Positions 11,971 through 25,822 of a stretch of 64,000 nucleotides of DNA are shown here, in pieces. The stretch spans positions 18,354,001-18,418,000 of the forward strand of contig NC_087436.1 of NCBI RefSeq assembly GCF_036321535.1, written 5' to 3'. The first letter of the stretch is position 1; the number at the start of each line of letters is the position of its first letter. The translations under genes were made by a program, and so were the position numbers. The notes beneath the pieces are model-generated. The model did no database searches and was not told the DNA's origin. It saw only the letters and a list, made by a program, of their open reading frames with translations. Source of the stretch: Camelus dromedarius. Its lineage: Eukaryota.

Positions 11971-14702
11971 TAAAGATCAGCAAACTGAGGCTTGGAGGCT
12001 TTAATTAAGTTGCCCCAAATCGCAGAGCTATGTAAGGGGCAGAAACAAGATTCAAATGAGGGGCAATCAGGTCTTGCTGATTGGCGTCCCTGGCGCTCCA
12101 AAGCCCAGATGACAGGGTGTGTTCCCAACACCTATGCTTACTGCTAGAGCACTTCGCACAGCGCACTCTCACTGCCTGTTTACTTGACAGACTTGCCAAT
12201 GTCTTGAAGGCGGGCCACTGTTTTAATTCCTCCTTGTATATCCCAGGGTCTCTCACCCTGGGCCATGACAGGTCGGATTAAGTGTCTTTACTACTAAAAT
12301 GAAAGAAGTGTAATTAAATCCACATTTTCCCCTGCTTTATCAAACATAATTTGAGAAATTACTCAAATAGATTTGCATTTTTAACCCGTATTTTGCATTC
12401 ATCCGCAAAATCTCAGGAAGTCAGTTTTTATTAAACATTTAGTCTTTAGACGTAGCCTTGAAAAGAAATACAAGAGAAATTTGGGGTAAGAGTCTGGCAA
12501 TGGGCAATGGCTGAGCTGCTAAGGTACCATTTATGAAATCAACACTTTTTAACCCTTTGGTTAAATTTTTTTTTAATTCTATTGAATAAAACAGTAACTG
12601 GCTCTTTACAAGACAGTATTTGAATAGGCTCTATGAATTGTCAATATCAGGTGGTTGTAACCGTTTGATATTTGCACACAGCTGTTTTCAGAGAAAGTAA
12701 GTTTCAATTCTCCCACTGAAACTCTGAGCAAACTCTGGTGTTTCCCAGAGTTTTTATATGATGCCTTTGGCTCTGATGCTGTCTGGTACCTGTATTAGTT
12801 TCCTGTGGCGAAAACAACATTTAAGGAGCGATAATTATGGACCAATTGCTGTGCCGACCCTTGGGAATAAGTGACCAGCTCCTGTGGAAGGGACAGAGCT
12901 TCAGCGGAGGTAAGAGCTGAGCGAGGAACCCTGAACTGGAAGTGGCTGTGACCCAGCACAGATCGGTTTCGGTCCTGCAGTGGGAAACAGGGCTCTTTAA
13001 ACTAAGACAAGCTCCTGGCAGGCACGTGAGAAAATGTGGCAGAGCCTCCAGTATGGAGGGTTAAGCCCAAAATAAACAGGCATGACGGAAGGAGAACATA
13101 TCCAAATGGAAGCAGAAAAGAAGACCTGGGGGCTTTTCAAAAATCCAGTTTACAAAAACCACCTGGTGGTTCAGATGACATTCAGCCCACAAGTGAAACA
13201 TGTCACTGGGATTCTAGAAACTAGAGAAAGAAGTAAAAGGAACTGAGAGAGCTTCCAGAGAAAGGCAAAGGGCCGGACAGCCCCAGATGGGGAAAAGGAG
13301 AAGAGAAAAGACAAGATAAACATTTTGACAGGAATATCTTAAGCATTCTGCTGTGGTCAGCTTTTAAAGACTTTTTTTTCCCTCCCCACATGAAAACTGC
13401 TTGTCGTTGTTTAAAAAAAGAATTTTAGCCTAAGAGAATAAAGTTATGTTTAAGGACCCCACGTTAAGTCAGGAAACTAGTGGAACAAGAACATATGTGT
13501 GTCAAAATACGATTGATGGATGCTCTGTATGATTGCTAAGATGGCATTAGGACATTTACTCCCACTGCCACCACCAGCACGGTTCCCTTTCCATTACTGC
13601 TCTCACTCTCGGCTGTGATTTCAGCAGTGCGCGAGGCGTTCTCTCTACATCCCTTCCAGTCATCCAGGAATCCTGGGTTATTGTCCTCTTTTGCAATGAG
13701 TTCACTGATTATCACAAAGATTAGGTAATTTGTCTAAAGTTAGTGATCAGCAAAGCCAGGGATTAAACCTGAGTTTGTCTGATTCTGAACCTAAAGTTCT
13801 TTCAACCGTCACAAACAGCCTATCAAAAAACCTCTGTTAGTTTAACAATTCGTTTTCCAAAGCCTGCTCTGGATGCCCACAGTGCCTGTGCCGGTAAACC
13901 TGCTGTTGATGTGTCCACAGATGTCTTTCTGATTATCTGAATGTTTTTACTTGTCTTTATTTGCTTGCTTTTTCTTTCTATTTCTTTCCTTTTTGCTCCA
14001 AGTTAAATGTCTGGTTCATGGTTTGGAGCCTCTGTGGCAGCTGCTAATCACCCCAGTGAATGTCAATGTTATTTTTAAAATGCTGTTTAAGAGCTGTTTA
14101 GCACCATTTTCAATGCAGAGTCATCTTATAATAAAGAAAATTTCACACTTAAAAACAAATATGATTGATGTTTAGGAAGCAAAGAAGTAGAAAGTCATCA
14201 AACATCTAGAATACAAACCCCATCCTGGTTCTTCCAGAATTATCAGTAGAACTGGCTAATTTATTAGATATCGTATACAGTAAGAGTGGAGTCTGATGGA
14301 AAATAAAGACACAGCGTAGTCTCTTCTCTTAAAGATTTAACAGTCTAATCAAAGAGACAGGTGCTTATATACCGCTATATAACCTGGAACACTGCCTTTC
14401 CCTGCTGTTACTACTATAACACACAAAACTGCCAGTGGGGGGGAAAAGGGTTCTCCCTGTGACTCAGAACCACAGACCTCCTTGAAGGAAACAACAGGTG
14501 TGATCGCCAACACACACGCTGCACTGAACAAGCGTGCTGGGTAAACTCAGCCTGAGGCCAGGGAAACAATGAATAAATAAAGACATGGGACTGCAGGACA
14601 GAATCTGGCCACTAAACAGCTCACAGCATAGACTAAAAGTACTAAAATAATTTAACCTTTGAATATGGGCATTTATTTTGCAAGTTGCTTTGTAGGATAT
14701 AA

Positions 14703-14917
14703 CCACTGACCCTGGAACAACACGGGCGTGAGGGCCACCAACCTTCAAGACATCAAAAATCCAAATACAACTTTGAGTAGGTCCTCAGCACCCCAGGTCC
14801 ACATCTGCGGACTCCACCACCCGCAGAGCTTGCAGTGCTGTAGCATTTACAACTGACAAATACCCACGTGTAAGTGGACCCACACAGTTCAAATCCATGT
14901 TGTTCAAGGGTCGACTG
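14703..14917. mobile_element. MER8/Tigger2-family MITE
   Basis: Terminal inverted repeats (TIRs) ccactgaccctggaacaac and gttgttcaagggtcgactg, followed by TA. Confidence 0.8.
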
Positions 14918-16462
14918 TACTTTGAACAAGCACATCAGAAGCTGGAAAAGTCTGGGGAAAAATGGGAGTTGATAGAAAATCTGAGCTTGGAAATTTATAA
15001 AAACCCAGGAGGTAAATAAAAAGAAAAATATATTTATTAATGAAGTCACATTCATTTTTCATTTCCATAATATAATCTTCATCCACCACCACCATCATCC
15101 CATTAAAATGAGAAAAATTAGAAATGTCTGCATTTAGTACCTGCCAAGGAAACATTAAAAGAACCAAGATGTTCAAGCTTTAAAACAGCCTAATATCAGA
15201 GAGAACAGAATCGTAAGACTGCAAAATGGAGCGGTCAGATCCCAGGTCCTTCACCCTTACAGGTAAGAAACTAAAGCCAGTTACTTGCCAAAGGTCATAG
15301 ACATGAAACCAGACCTCCAACATCCTGCTTCGAAGCCAGCAGACACACACCAGCCTCATGCAGCTCGGCAAACCATCCCAGGAAGAGGACTTCGGGGTAC
15401 CCCCACTGACCTCCCCTCAAAACACCGCCCTTCACAAAAACTGTAAAATATCATGCCAAAAAGAAGTATCTAATATGTGAACAAGTCACCTAAAGGAGAA
15501 CTGATTCTGTAAACAGCAACTGAACACCTGGCCCTCTCTGGGCCCATCTATACAGCTACAGCAGTGGAGGCCACAATGTTTATTTGTAAAAAGGATTTTA
15601 ATAGTTTGTTTATGAAGACAAAGAAAAACAAAACAAAACAAAAACCCCTCACATTCCCAAGGCAGATGGAGGGGGAAAAAATACAGATACAAAAACTCAC
15701 TTCCCTACTGAAAACTGATGTTCCCCCCCTTCTCCTTGGGCCGAGCCAAACATGGTCAACGACACACAAACGCTACCTCTCCTCCCTTGAGTATATGCAC
15801 AGCATTCAGGAAAGGCTGGTGGAAATTATTTCTCTGAGATCATTTCAAAGCTCAGTTCGCAAACTTTAGAAGTGGCTAAATATATCCCAGGCTCCCTGTG
15901 GCAAAGTCGCTGTGTTATTCCCAGAAATCCTGGCCACATCCCAGATCTCTGAGTGTAGAGTCTGTGATTCGTTCACCTTTGAATCCCCAGCGCCCATAAC
16001 ACGACTGGAACGTAAGGGAAACGTGATAAATCTGTGTTACACTGAAGGAAATACATCCCAATAACCTAACGTTCTCTTTCCAGTCTCAACGGCATGATGG
16101 TGTAGCAGCGTTCTAATCGCAAACCCTAGACTAAAGCTACCCTCCACCATAAAATAAATGCCCTCCCTGCAGAGTCAAGATGCTTCCACTCGGAGTCAAT
16201 GCGTTGTTGGCTTAAAGTTACTTCTAAAACTCTATATGGAAAGGTGTAGCCAACGACAATTACAACAGGGTTTATCATCCTGTCCAGGTGTTTTTGTTTT
16301 GTTCTCCATGTCACATCCCCCAAAGGGGAAAAAAAAGCACATTTAAAACATAAAACAACAGACAGTTGACTCCGACATCTCCTTCAAAGCTGCCAAATGT
16401 GAACAGAGGGTAGGCTCTGTGGATGTTTTCTGTTTACAAGTGAACTCAAATGAGACACAAAC

Positions 16463-16534
16463 CTTGACGGCTCCAAGTTGCTCTTTTCTGAATTTCTCCA
16501 AGGGTTTAATCAGGGTTTCGGTTACACTTAATGC
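16463..16534 (-). CDS. ARHGAP10: ARHGAP10 coding exon 4, 72 nt, phase 0-0
   Basis: Minus strand reads cccttgttctag|GCATTAAGT...GCCGTCAAG|gtttgt. It translates ALSVTETLIKPLEKFRKEQLGAVK. Confidence 0.97.
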
Positions 16535-17223
16535 CTAGAACAAGGGCGGTAACAAAAGAGCACAGTATTAGGTTTCCAAAGAGTAAAAAAAATGTGTGTT
16601 TCATTTCCCTCTCCCAACCCGCCCAGAAATGAAATGAACAACACATTTCAGCGCTTTCTCTTCCCCTGCCAAGGCAACCATTAACTCACTTCTAAATTTA
16701 TTAACATACCAGATCTCCATAAACATTTTCAGGGAAGAGGCGGTGGGGCAAAGTGCCAAGGAAATGTGCAATCCAGCCCCAACACAGCCCTTTCTTCGGG
16801 GGGGGAAAGAGCGAGGGGCTTGTCTGAATAACAAAGGGGGCTATCAGGTTCGTTAACAGAACACTTCTGTTTGAGATTTTTTTCCTCTCCTCCTCCTCCA
16901 CATTTAAAAGTCAATTACATTCCTTTTTTATTAGCTATCAGACTACATTATGCAAAGGGCGAGGTTGGTGGCTACCAGTTTAAATCTGCTTGATGGCGCT
17001 TCATCCCTGAAAACTCCCCCTAAGGCTCTTTAGAGTATGTCCGCAAAGCAGAGTCACCACAGCTCAGGACAGGCAGTCGTCCTTACAGGACACAAAGGGA
17101 GGTCACCCCAGCAGGGACCACCCAAGGCTCCGCGCACACCCTGGCACATCCTTCTACTGGCTGGTTTGGGACTTGTCATTTTAAGATAGAATCTACAACC
17201 AACGATGCTGATAATGCGGGTAC

Positions 17224-17775
17224 TGAGGCAGGAAGCCCCATAAAAAGATCAGCAGGACCCCTAACGCAGGGCCGCTGCTCTCCTCTTAGCACTGTCCGGT
17301 TCCCTGGCCCAGAGGCTCTAGCTCACTCTTTGCCTCTAAAGCGGCTTACACCTAGAATTCTATTGGTTCCCTGAGCTAACTTCTGATTGGTTATTTCCTT
17401 CACTCCTGATTGGTTATTACTCTCACTTCTGATTGGTCCACTTCCCTGACTTCTGATTGGCCCATTTGTAGTACTTCATTTGCATGGAGCACACTCCTGA
17501 TTGAGCTATTTCTACAAAGCTTGTTCCTGGTTGGTCAACTTCTGTTGTACTTTTTTTGCATATGATGTTGCAAAGTGTAAAACTGGCAGCCTATAAAAGG
17601 CCTGTGTAAACCTACAGACGGGGTTCAGAGCTTGAAGCGTTAACTCTTCTGGGCCCGTTGGCGTAATAAATCTGAGTTCTCCAACTCTCCGAGTGCTGCT
17701 TGGTCTCTCGCCCGGATCCAGGTTGCTGTCACAACTGAGCTGTAACACTGAGCTACAATACATTTTTCCGCAACA
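17224..17775 (+). mobile_element. Young ERV1-type (gamma-like) solo LTR, 552 bp
   Basis: TG...CAACA ends with a perfect 4-bp TSD GTAC (17220-17223 and 17776-17779). TATAAAA at 17592, AATAAA at 17665, and tandem ATTGG boxes in U3. Confidence 0.92.
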
Positions 17776-18779
17776 GTACGAGAGATTATCTTTCTCAGAA
17801 TGCTTTTAACCACAATATGCTGGTGAGTCGTGATGTTTCACCATTACCAGAAATAGTCAGAACAGAAGAGGAAACCTCCAAACACTTAACAATGTGCCAT
17901 CCCTTTTTTCACCAAAAGAAAAAAAAAGGGCCCCCAGAAATCCAAGCTCAAAATTACAAGAGAAAAAATTAGTGACTGAGACCAGGAAAGGATTCTTAAT
18001 TTAACCACAGGCTCCTCTGCAGTGTTGCATTATGTGAGGGTTTCTCTCAGAGACCACTGGTCCCATGAGATGAGGAATCCTCAAAAAAGTGATCATGTCC
18101 ACACTCGAGATGCCCAGAGCCGGAACTCTCTTCCCTAGGCCAGCCTCTGGGTTCCACTCACTCCCACCCTGACAATTTGCTACTTGGGTATCAAAGAATT
18201 GAGGCAACAGGAAGAATTAAGTGCGAATAACTAGTCAAGGGAAAGGGATCACCTTCAATTCTCTCCTCTGTACGTTACAGGCCACGTGACCTACAAGGGC
18301 CAACCAGAGTCCTGTGTACCCAGGACAGAGCACGGACAGCAGCACATGCCAGGAACCCTGACGACTCAGCACGGAAGGCTCCAGGTTCCACCCAGGAAAG
18401 CAGATACGAGAGGTTCCCCCATGCACTTTAGAGGCAATTCAATCAACACACGAGGTTTCAGCATACCTGAAGGCACGTGCCTATTGGCAATTGAGGGCAT
18501 CATTCCCTAGGACTCCACACCTGTCTACTAGTGTTCCTGAATAAACCTACACATGACAGATACATGGTCCATGCAGGAATCAAGTTCCATGCGGGGATCA
18601 CGGGGCTGATAACTGCTCAAGTTCACAGAGGAAGGAGGCTCCACTATCTGGTACGTGGGAGCCCAAGCCTAACCACCATACAGCACCGGACCAAAGTACC
18701 AGACAGGTACCTCCCCATTCCAAGGTGCTGTCTCAGTCAACTCTGTATGTCATGAAACAAGCACCTGCAGGATACTCAG

Positions 18780-19430
18780 TGTTGGGTACTAAAGACAGGA
18801 CTATGAACGGCACAAGTGCGGGCCCCGGCCTCGGGGAACCCACCATCTCCTACGGAAGACAGACAACAGATACGAACACACGAGTCGACATGTAATTGCA
18901 AATTGCAAATTGTCATAATTCCTTCGAATGGAGAAAAGCAGGGCTACGGTGAGAAATTTATCAGAGGAGACACTAGGAGAAATGGGCTGGGGTGAGGTGG
19001 GGGGCTTCATCAAAGAAGTTTGAGCAACATCTGAAAGATGAGAAGGGATCAGTGGTGCAAAGATCAAGGGGAACAGCAGCCTGAAACCAACTGAGGCCAA
19101 GGATGGAGGGGAGGAGACAGAGCACTTTAGGAAACAGCAAAAGGCCAGTGTGCCCGGGGCATTAAGAACAAAGAAGTGGATGGAGGGGTGAGTGAAGGCA
19201 GGGGACCAGGACACACCGAGCCTGTGGGGGAGCCACATGGAGGAGGAAGCCACCCGGGTAAGAGAAGACTTCTTGAAGCGATAATGCAGACCTGAGCCTG
19301 AAATGGGGCACAGGAGTTCTCCAGGCAAAGGATAAGAAAGGCTCTCCTGGAGAGACAGGAGAGCAGCAGCCCCAGGGCATGGAACAGCCAAGCAGCTGTT
19401 CAGTGTCACTGAAGCCCCGGAAGTCAGGAA
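18780..19430 (-). mobile_element. Degenerate L2 fragment
   Basis: Purine-rich L2-type motifs, e.g. gggcttcatcaaagaagtttgagcaacatctgaaagatgagaagg and aggaaacagcaaaaggccagtgtg. Confidence 0.55.
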
Positions 19431-19502
19431 TCGGGGGAGGAAGCTGAAGAGATCCAGTGGGCTCCGCTAGCCATCACAACAGGCCGCAGAAATGCTCAGT
19501 AA

Positions 19503-19663
19503 GAGGGGAAGGTGTAGCTCAGGGGGTAGAACACGTGCTTAGCATGCACAAGGTCTTGGTTCAATCGCCAGTACCCTAGGTAGGTAAGTAAATCTGTAAG
19601 TCAACCAACCAGCCAAAGTACCTAATTACCTCCCCACTCCCAAAAAAATATTAAAAAAAAAAA
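19503..19663 (+). mobile_element. vic-1-like SINE, long form with a cctaattacctcccc tail
   Basis: TSD aaatgctcagtaa at 19490-19502 and 19664-19676. Confidence 0.9.
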
Positions 19664-20675
19664 AAATGCTCAGTAAATGCTCAGCGTGGGCATCAATAAC
19701 AGGGCTATGTGAAGACCTTTTAAAATTCAAACCCTGAAACTCCAGACTCTGGAGTGAACACTGTCCTTCACAAAAGGACCAGGCCACAGAGATGCCACCT
19801 GAGCACTTTTATATCTGTCCTTCACTTGGAGAATTAATCCAGTGCAATATCTGTGTGACTTCCAAGGGCCCACATTAGGGCTGTTTGCAGGTCAATAAAC
19901 CAATTTCCAAAGCAAAGAAAGAAGTCATTGGGACAGATACCACTGTAATTCTTTAACAAAAGAATGTTTTAATTTAAAAAGTTTTCTTTAATTTATAATT
20001 CATGATCATTTGCCTTCTTTAAGAAAGTCTGACTGTGTGACTTCTGAATTGAACCTTAGACATTCTACTCAAGAACAAAATCACAAAGTAGCTGCTAAAG
20101 GCTTCAGAGCCAGGAAGTGCAGGTTGAACAACAAAGATTGTCTTCCCCTTTCTCTCAAAACAGAGTGGAGACTCCATGGAATCTCTTGGTTCCTTTCATA
20201 ATTTCACAGAAGTATTGTATAATATTTGTTAGTAATAAGTGTCATGGAAGTTTTCTAGTCCCAAAACATGACTCTTCTTCCCCAGAGACAAATGCCTGCC
20301 CCACCTGGGGACTGCCCCTAAAACCAACTCTAAGGCAGTTTCTGATGGGGAAAGCTTCAGATTTGAAAGAGACAGCAGAAGTAATAATACGGAGAAAAGC
20401 TTTCCAATGCTAACGCTTTAGAGATCAATCAGATAATTGAGAGAGAAAGCAAATATAGAATATGACTTTACAACCATACATATAATACTATGTAACCATA
20501 TTTTTTCCCATAAAATACTTGAACCAGCCACATATTTTTTTTTAAAAAGCACAAAAAGCCTTGTGACTGAGCCTTGGAAAGAGTTTTGGATAGTCTTGCT
20601 TACAAACAGAATATACTGACATGAACATTTGTATTAACATAACAAACATCTCAATAAGTTGGTCTCACCTTACAG

Positions 20676-20898
20676 CAGGGCTCCGTCAACTTTTTCTATA
20701 AAAAGTCAAGTAGTAAATAATTCAGGCTTTGAGCCACAGGGCCTCCGATGCAACTACTCAGCTCTGCCACTGTAGCACAAAAACAGTCATATGTAGTAAT
20801 ATAAACAACTGAGAGTGGCTGTGTTCCAACAAAATCTCATTTATAACAACAGGAGGCGAGGCGGGTTTGGCCCATGGGCTGTGGCTGACTGCACCCTG
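20676..20898 (-). mobile_element. MER58A-like DNA transposon, inverted relative to the copy at 1096
   Basis: cagggctccgtcaactttttct...gcaactactcagctctgccactgtagc...gtggctgtgttccaac...caccctg. Confidence 0.8.
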
Positions 20899-21439
20899 CC
20901 TAAGAGAACCATTGGGAGCATCACACCATAAGATGCTCTTCTTACTCTCACCTGATTGTGTATTTTTAAAATACACATTTACATATCTGCAGGGCATCAC
21001 AAGTTGGGAAGGAAGGTCGGATCCTGGGTGCGAGAATCACAGTTCAAGAAGCTCTCGAGCTGAAAGAATTCAAGAGTGGTGCCACTGAAGCTGCTGGGGA
21101 TAAGCAGTCTACCAGACTTCAGCGCTCAAAGGTGAATGCTCCAGTCTTGACAACAGCTCATGTGAATTTTATAGTGGACTTTAACGGTGGCTTTAGCCCC
21201 TAAAAATGTGACTTAAATGAAAGTACAACATGAACTAATAAAGCTGTCACAAATTGCCCTTGGAAGATCATGAGCACATACAAAGGTAACATATTGTTCA
21301 AATGCAAACAAGGACATCATTCAACTGTGTCCCAGAAGATCAGAACCAATCTCAACAGTGTGGTCACCAAATTTTAGAAGAGATATTCTTTAACTGGGGC
21401 AAAGCAGGGATGCGAGATCACAATGCTAAAAAGGTTTAG

Positions 21440-21850
21440 AAAGAATCGGTTGAAGAACAAAAAAAAAAGAGGTGTTCAATTGGACTGTGGAGAAAGAGAA
21501 CATTTAAAGGGAACACGATGAAAGCTGTCTTCAAATAATTAAAAGGGTACCATATGAGAAAAGAAAAAATCATTTTGATTTGCCTGAAGAGGACAAAACC
21601 AGGTCTAACAGAGAAAAAGCGATAGAGCTGATCTGGGTTCGCCATCAAGAGGAACACAATAAAAACTACAATGGACACAGCAAGGCAGTGTGACACCACC
21701 ACCCCTCCGCTCCTTCCACATCAGCAAGCAGAAGCAAGATGACCAGTGTCCCAGGACACTACTGCAGATTCCTACATGAGGAGGAAGTTGGCCTGGGAGA
21801 ACCCTGAGGTCCTACCCATCTGTATGATTCTGGGATTCCATGTGAGCTGG
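21440..21850 (+). mobile_element. L3/CR1 LINE 3' fragment
   Basis: gagaaagagaacatttaaagggaacacgatgaaagctgtcttcaaataattaaaagggt and the tgtatgattct end motif are typical of CR1/L3. Confidence 0.65.
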
Positions 21851-23569
21851 GAGAGGCAGAATCACAAAATACACTTCAGCATTGCCTTATGGCGCTAGGA
21901 TGGCAAGCCACAGAATCATCAGAACTTCACCATCCAAAGTAAGAGAAGAAGATTATTACCTAAGAGTTGGAAGGATTAATTTCCCCCCACCACTAGTCAA
22001 GTCTGAAATCCCTTTTGTAAGACGTCTGGAGATGAGAACTTAAATGTCTAAAAAAGAAAGGCAAGGTAGGATGGTATCGTCACCTCCCTCTACAGTTGGA
22101 GCTGGAGCTGAGAATCTAGAGACAACCACAGGCAACCAGAGAGAACAGGACTCTACTGTGGGGAGCAACTGCTGCTGCTGCTTTAAATTCCCCCAAGTTT
22201 GAGATCAAAGGCTAAATTCTGATGTCAATTCAAAAGAGAATGGGGCTTAGGACCAGAGACCTCTATTCAGCATAAAGGGTCACAAAGGCGGAACTACATC
22301 CTATGATTATCTTTAGTAATTTTTTAAAGTCTCCGTCCAGGTCAGACAATGAATACGCCAGTAGAGGCGCTACATGCTGCCTTCCTAATCACTCCGTACT
22401 CACAAGCACAGAGTCTAATGAAACAGAAGGAATTAAGTCCATTCCCCACGGCCCTCGTTATTTTAAGCCTGGATTCCAAGTGCTCTTGACCCCAGAGGAA
22501 TGTGTAATCAGAGAGCAAAGGAGAACTTCCACTGTTTTCTCCCATGACCTTCCAGATACCTCCCTGTTTCATCAGACTAAAGGGAAGACTCTTACTTTCC
22601 AGTCCCAGTGTCAAGAACAGCAGCAAAGAAATCATTCAGCAAAGACATATTTCTTATTTTTCCTTGAAACAGAACCTTGAGAAAGGGTGCCAAGGAACAC
22701 TTACAAATATCTGAACATAAGGAGTACATTTCCCAAAATTGCCCCTTAGGAAAAAAGGGACTCAGCCTATATGAGAATTCTTACAGTATCCTGAAGGGGT
22801 GCGCTTTCCATTATTTTGATGAACACAGAAGTTTTTGAGGAATCTTAGCCTATAATGACCCCAGTCACATCTAGTTTCAGTGGCTTAGAGATCACAAATG
22901 GGTCTGGGTTACAAAAACAAGGGGACCCTAAGAAGCTTAAAGAGATTTAGTCATTATTCTGGAGATGACCTCAACATTTTAAGTGTTCAGTAATTTCACT
23001 GCAGTCGTTCTAAGAACAAGGTAAGTGGTTACATTAAGAAAGTCATGAAAATACATCTCATGGATAAATTTTTAACTGAGACTGGCCAAATGTGCTGTGA
23101 GGGGGTACTGGTGGCTTGAGATAAAATTTCCAAATAAAGCATCAGAAAGAGATTTTTTTAAAGGGCTGTGTCTCCGAGAACTCAGATTGATATGGCCACG
23201 AGGAAAGCTGTGCTGGAAAATTCAGAGTGTGTTCCTGGTAAGCACACTGACGTCAAAGATGTCAAGAGCTGGAATAACTTTCCCATGAAATAAACAGGGA
23301 AAATATCTGTCAAGTATACACTGATGCTTTAATTTTTAAATACAGACTAAATAATGAATATATATGTCTGATTACCCAGCAGATGTGGATAGGATTACCT
23401 GAAAGTGTGTTAAGTTCAAGCTACCCAAAAATTTTTGTTAAATCTTTTCACGGGAAAATGGTGTCACCTTACAATCAGGCATTAACATTAGGGTATTGGT
23501 TACCTGTCCTTCTGGGCTACCGGGTACTTGAAACCCCTACCTACGTTTTAGGAATTCTCCTACCTAATA

Positions 23570-24012
23570 GAGCAAAACCCACCTTCCAATATAACAGACA
23601 CTTGCTTTCCCTGCCATCAGGCAGCGAGGTACTGGCATCTGGTCAGAGTCCCACTAATTATATTCTCCCACTCAAGATTTTGATTTGGAATCTAGTGCTT
23701 CAAAAAAAAAAATAATAAAATAAAACAGGGAACAGAGATTCTGATGGGTGTTAGCAAGGACTAGTTTCCAGATGCAGCAGTTCTGCCAACAGCCACCAGG
23801 GGCAGTGGTGCTGCCGGTCGTGCTGTACTGTCCACACTTGGTGGCAATAGCAGTGACTGTCTCTCCTCCAAGCCCAGCTCTGGTGAGACACTCGGCATCA
23901 TTCCTGGTTCCCAAAAACTTAAAAAGAGACCCTAAGCCACCTAATATTCTTTAATAAATTCCTCTTCTGTTCAGAATAGCTAGACCTTGCAACTGAGAAT
24001 CCAGACTAATAT
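23570..24012 (+). mobile_element. ERVL LTR (LTR33-like), degenerate
   Basis: 3' end reads taataaattcctcttctgttcagaatagctaga...ttgcaactgagaatccagactaata. Confidence 0.55.
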
Positions 24013-24231
24013 TTTTTAAAATTCAGAATCTTAAACAATCTCAAACTGCTTTCAGTACTTTTCTTCTCAATATTCCTAAACAAGACTTTTTTTCTCCTGA
24101 TTAAACCAATTCACTTTTAATTAATTAGATTACTCTCCATCCACACACATCCTTTGCTACGTCTTTTTCCACCTTGCCAGCCTCTCCCTGTCTGGTACCT
24201 TCCCCCATCAATCTAGGCTCAAATCTTAATG

Positions 24232-24329
24232 GGGGGGGGGGGGTGGAGGTAAAGCTCAGTGGTAGAGCATGTATTTAGCATGCATGAGGTCCTGGGTTCA
24301 ATCCCCAGTACCTCCACTAAAAAAAAAAA
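24232..24329 (+). mobile_element. vic-1-like SINE, short form, preceded by a poly(G) run
   Basis: TSD aaatcttaatg at 24221-24231 and 24330-24340. Confidence 0.9.
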
Positions 24330-25822
24330 AAATCTTAATGAGAAAATTCAAATGGGCAATAAAGTCCCTCCACTTTTTTAAATACCTAAAATAATAAGGA
24401 AAAGAACAGAGAGTCAAAAGACTCTAATGTTGGCAAAAAAAAAAAAAAAAAGAAAAAGAAAAAGCTTCACAATTGGTTTTACTAAAAGAGCCCTGCCACA
24501 GTGACAAATAGGAGGCCAATATTTTCTCACTGGGGCTCTGCCCTAACTAGTTCTGTTTTTGGATCATAGGGGAAAAAAAACAATTCTCCTTTGTTACCTG
24601 AATATTCTCAGCTACAAAGAAGGATGGATGATACTCGCTCTCCATCTACTTAACACACGTAAAAAGAGGAGAGGACGTCATGCTAGAAGCAATTTTGACT
24701 TGAAAATAAATGAACCCCTGTATGATATTTTATTTTTAAGCACAGCTCAAGCTCAGCTAATCCTTCCTGTTAGAAAAAAAAATTAATGTAAAATGAAATT
24801 AAATTTTCTAGTGGTAGTAGTTCAAACTCACCAGCTAAGAACTAGAGAGCATCTTAATGAAGCCATACACATAGCCCTAACTGGGACACAGGAGCAGAGG
24901 GACTGGAAATTAATTCTGCAGAGTTTAAATCTGAAAATTAGGAGCCAATTAACATGAAATGGTTCCCTGAATGTCTGACTCTTTCAGACCATGGTAATTT
25001 CATTTTTTAAAAGCTGGGGAACCATAATTTGTAAAATATATATTCCAAATTCACTACTTCAGTTACCATGCTTATGCTTTCAGACAGTCAGTGCAAGAAT
25101 AAAAAGTCCCCAATAAAAGTTTTTAATCAACTTTCAACCTTAAACTCTGAATAGCTTGAAACCTAACAAAACAAGAGGATTTGAGCTCAAGGTCTGATAA
25201 CTTCTGCTGAGTTAATACACTCAATATTTGTCCATGACCTAGCTCTCAAAGAAAAGAAAAATTTAGGTCCAAGTATCACAAAATTAAGATTCACTTAATG
25301 CCTATCTTCTACAAATGTGTATCTTAGCATTTGTTGGGGCGTGGGGGGAGGAGGTTGCATCAATTTCAAAGGACATTAATCAAAAAAGGAAAGTACCGAT
25401 ATTACTCAGATTTAAACCAAATTTAACATTTTTAAAATTCTATTTAGGAAAAACTGGGAATCTTCAAACCAAAGCTATTGGGTTTATTAGGAGTGAGTTT
25501 CCCTAATAAGGACGTGCAGATATTTAACCTTGACCCTCACTCCCTCTGTGTACAAGGGACATAAAGACCTCGCTTCTATTTCTTAGACAAAATAAATACT
25601 TGGGCAGAACATCATGAGAAGGAATAAAACCCCAGAGGAGAGAAAGATCACCTGTCAGAACACTGTAACAATACCATGAGAGAATTTGAACTTTGGGTTT
25701 TTTAGCTTCATAAAGGAAAATTTGAATTTCTGAAATGAATGGTAACACACAGTGGCACAGCCAGAAATGGAACCTCACAAGTAATAATGCAATAAATTGT
25801 TGAATCAAGAAAACATGAGAGA

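Noticed and set aside
17355..17535. Regularly spaced repeats superficially like a CRISPR array
   Set aside because: These are tandem enhancer repeats of about 23 bp inside an LTR U3 in a mammalian intron. There are no unique spacers and no cas genes.
18801..19409. Longest ORF in the track (202 aa, minus strand)
   Set aside because: It is Ser/Pro/Leu-rich with no recognisable domain, lies in degenerate L2-like sequence, and has a non-ATG start.
24231..24243. 13-nt G homopolymer (possible G-quadruplex)
   Set aside because: It is an expansion of the G-rich SINE head, and homopolymer length is prone to assembly error.
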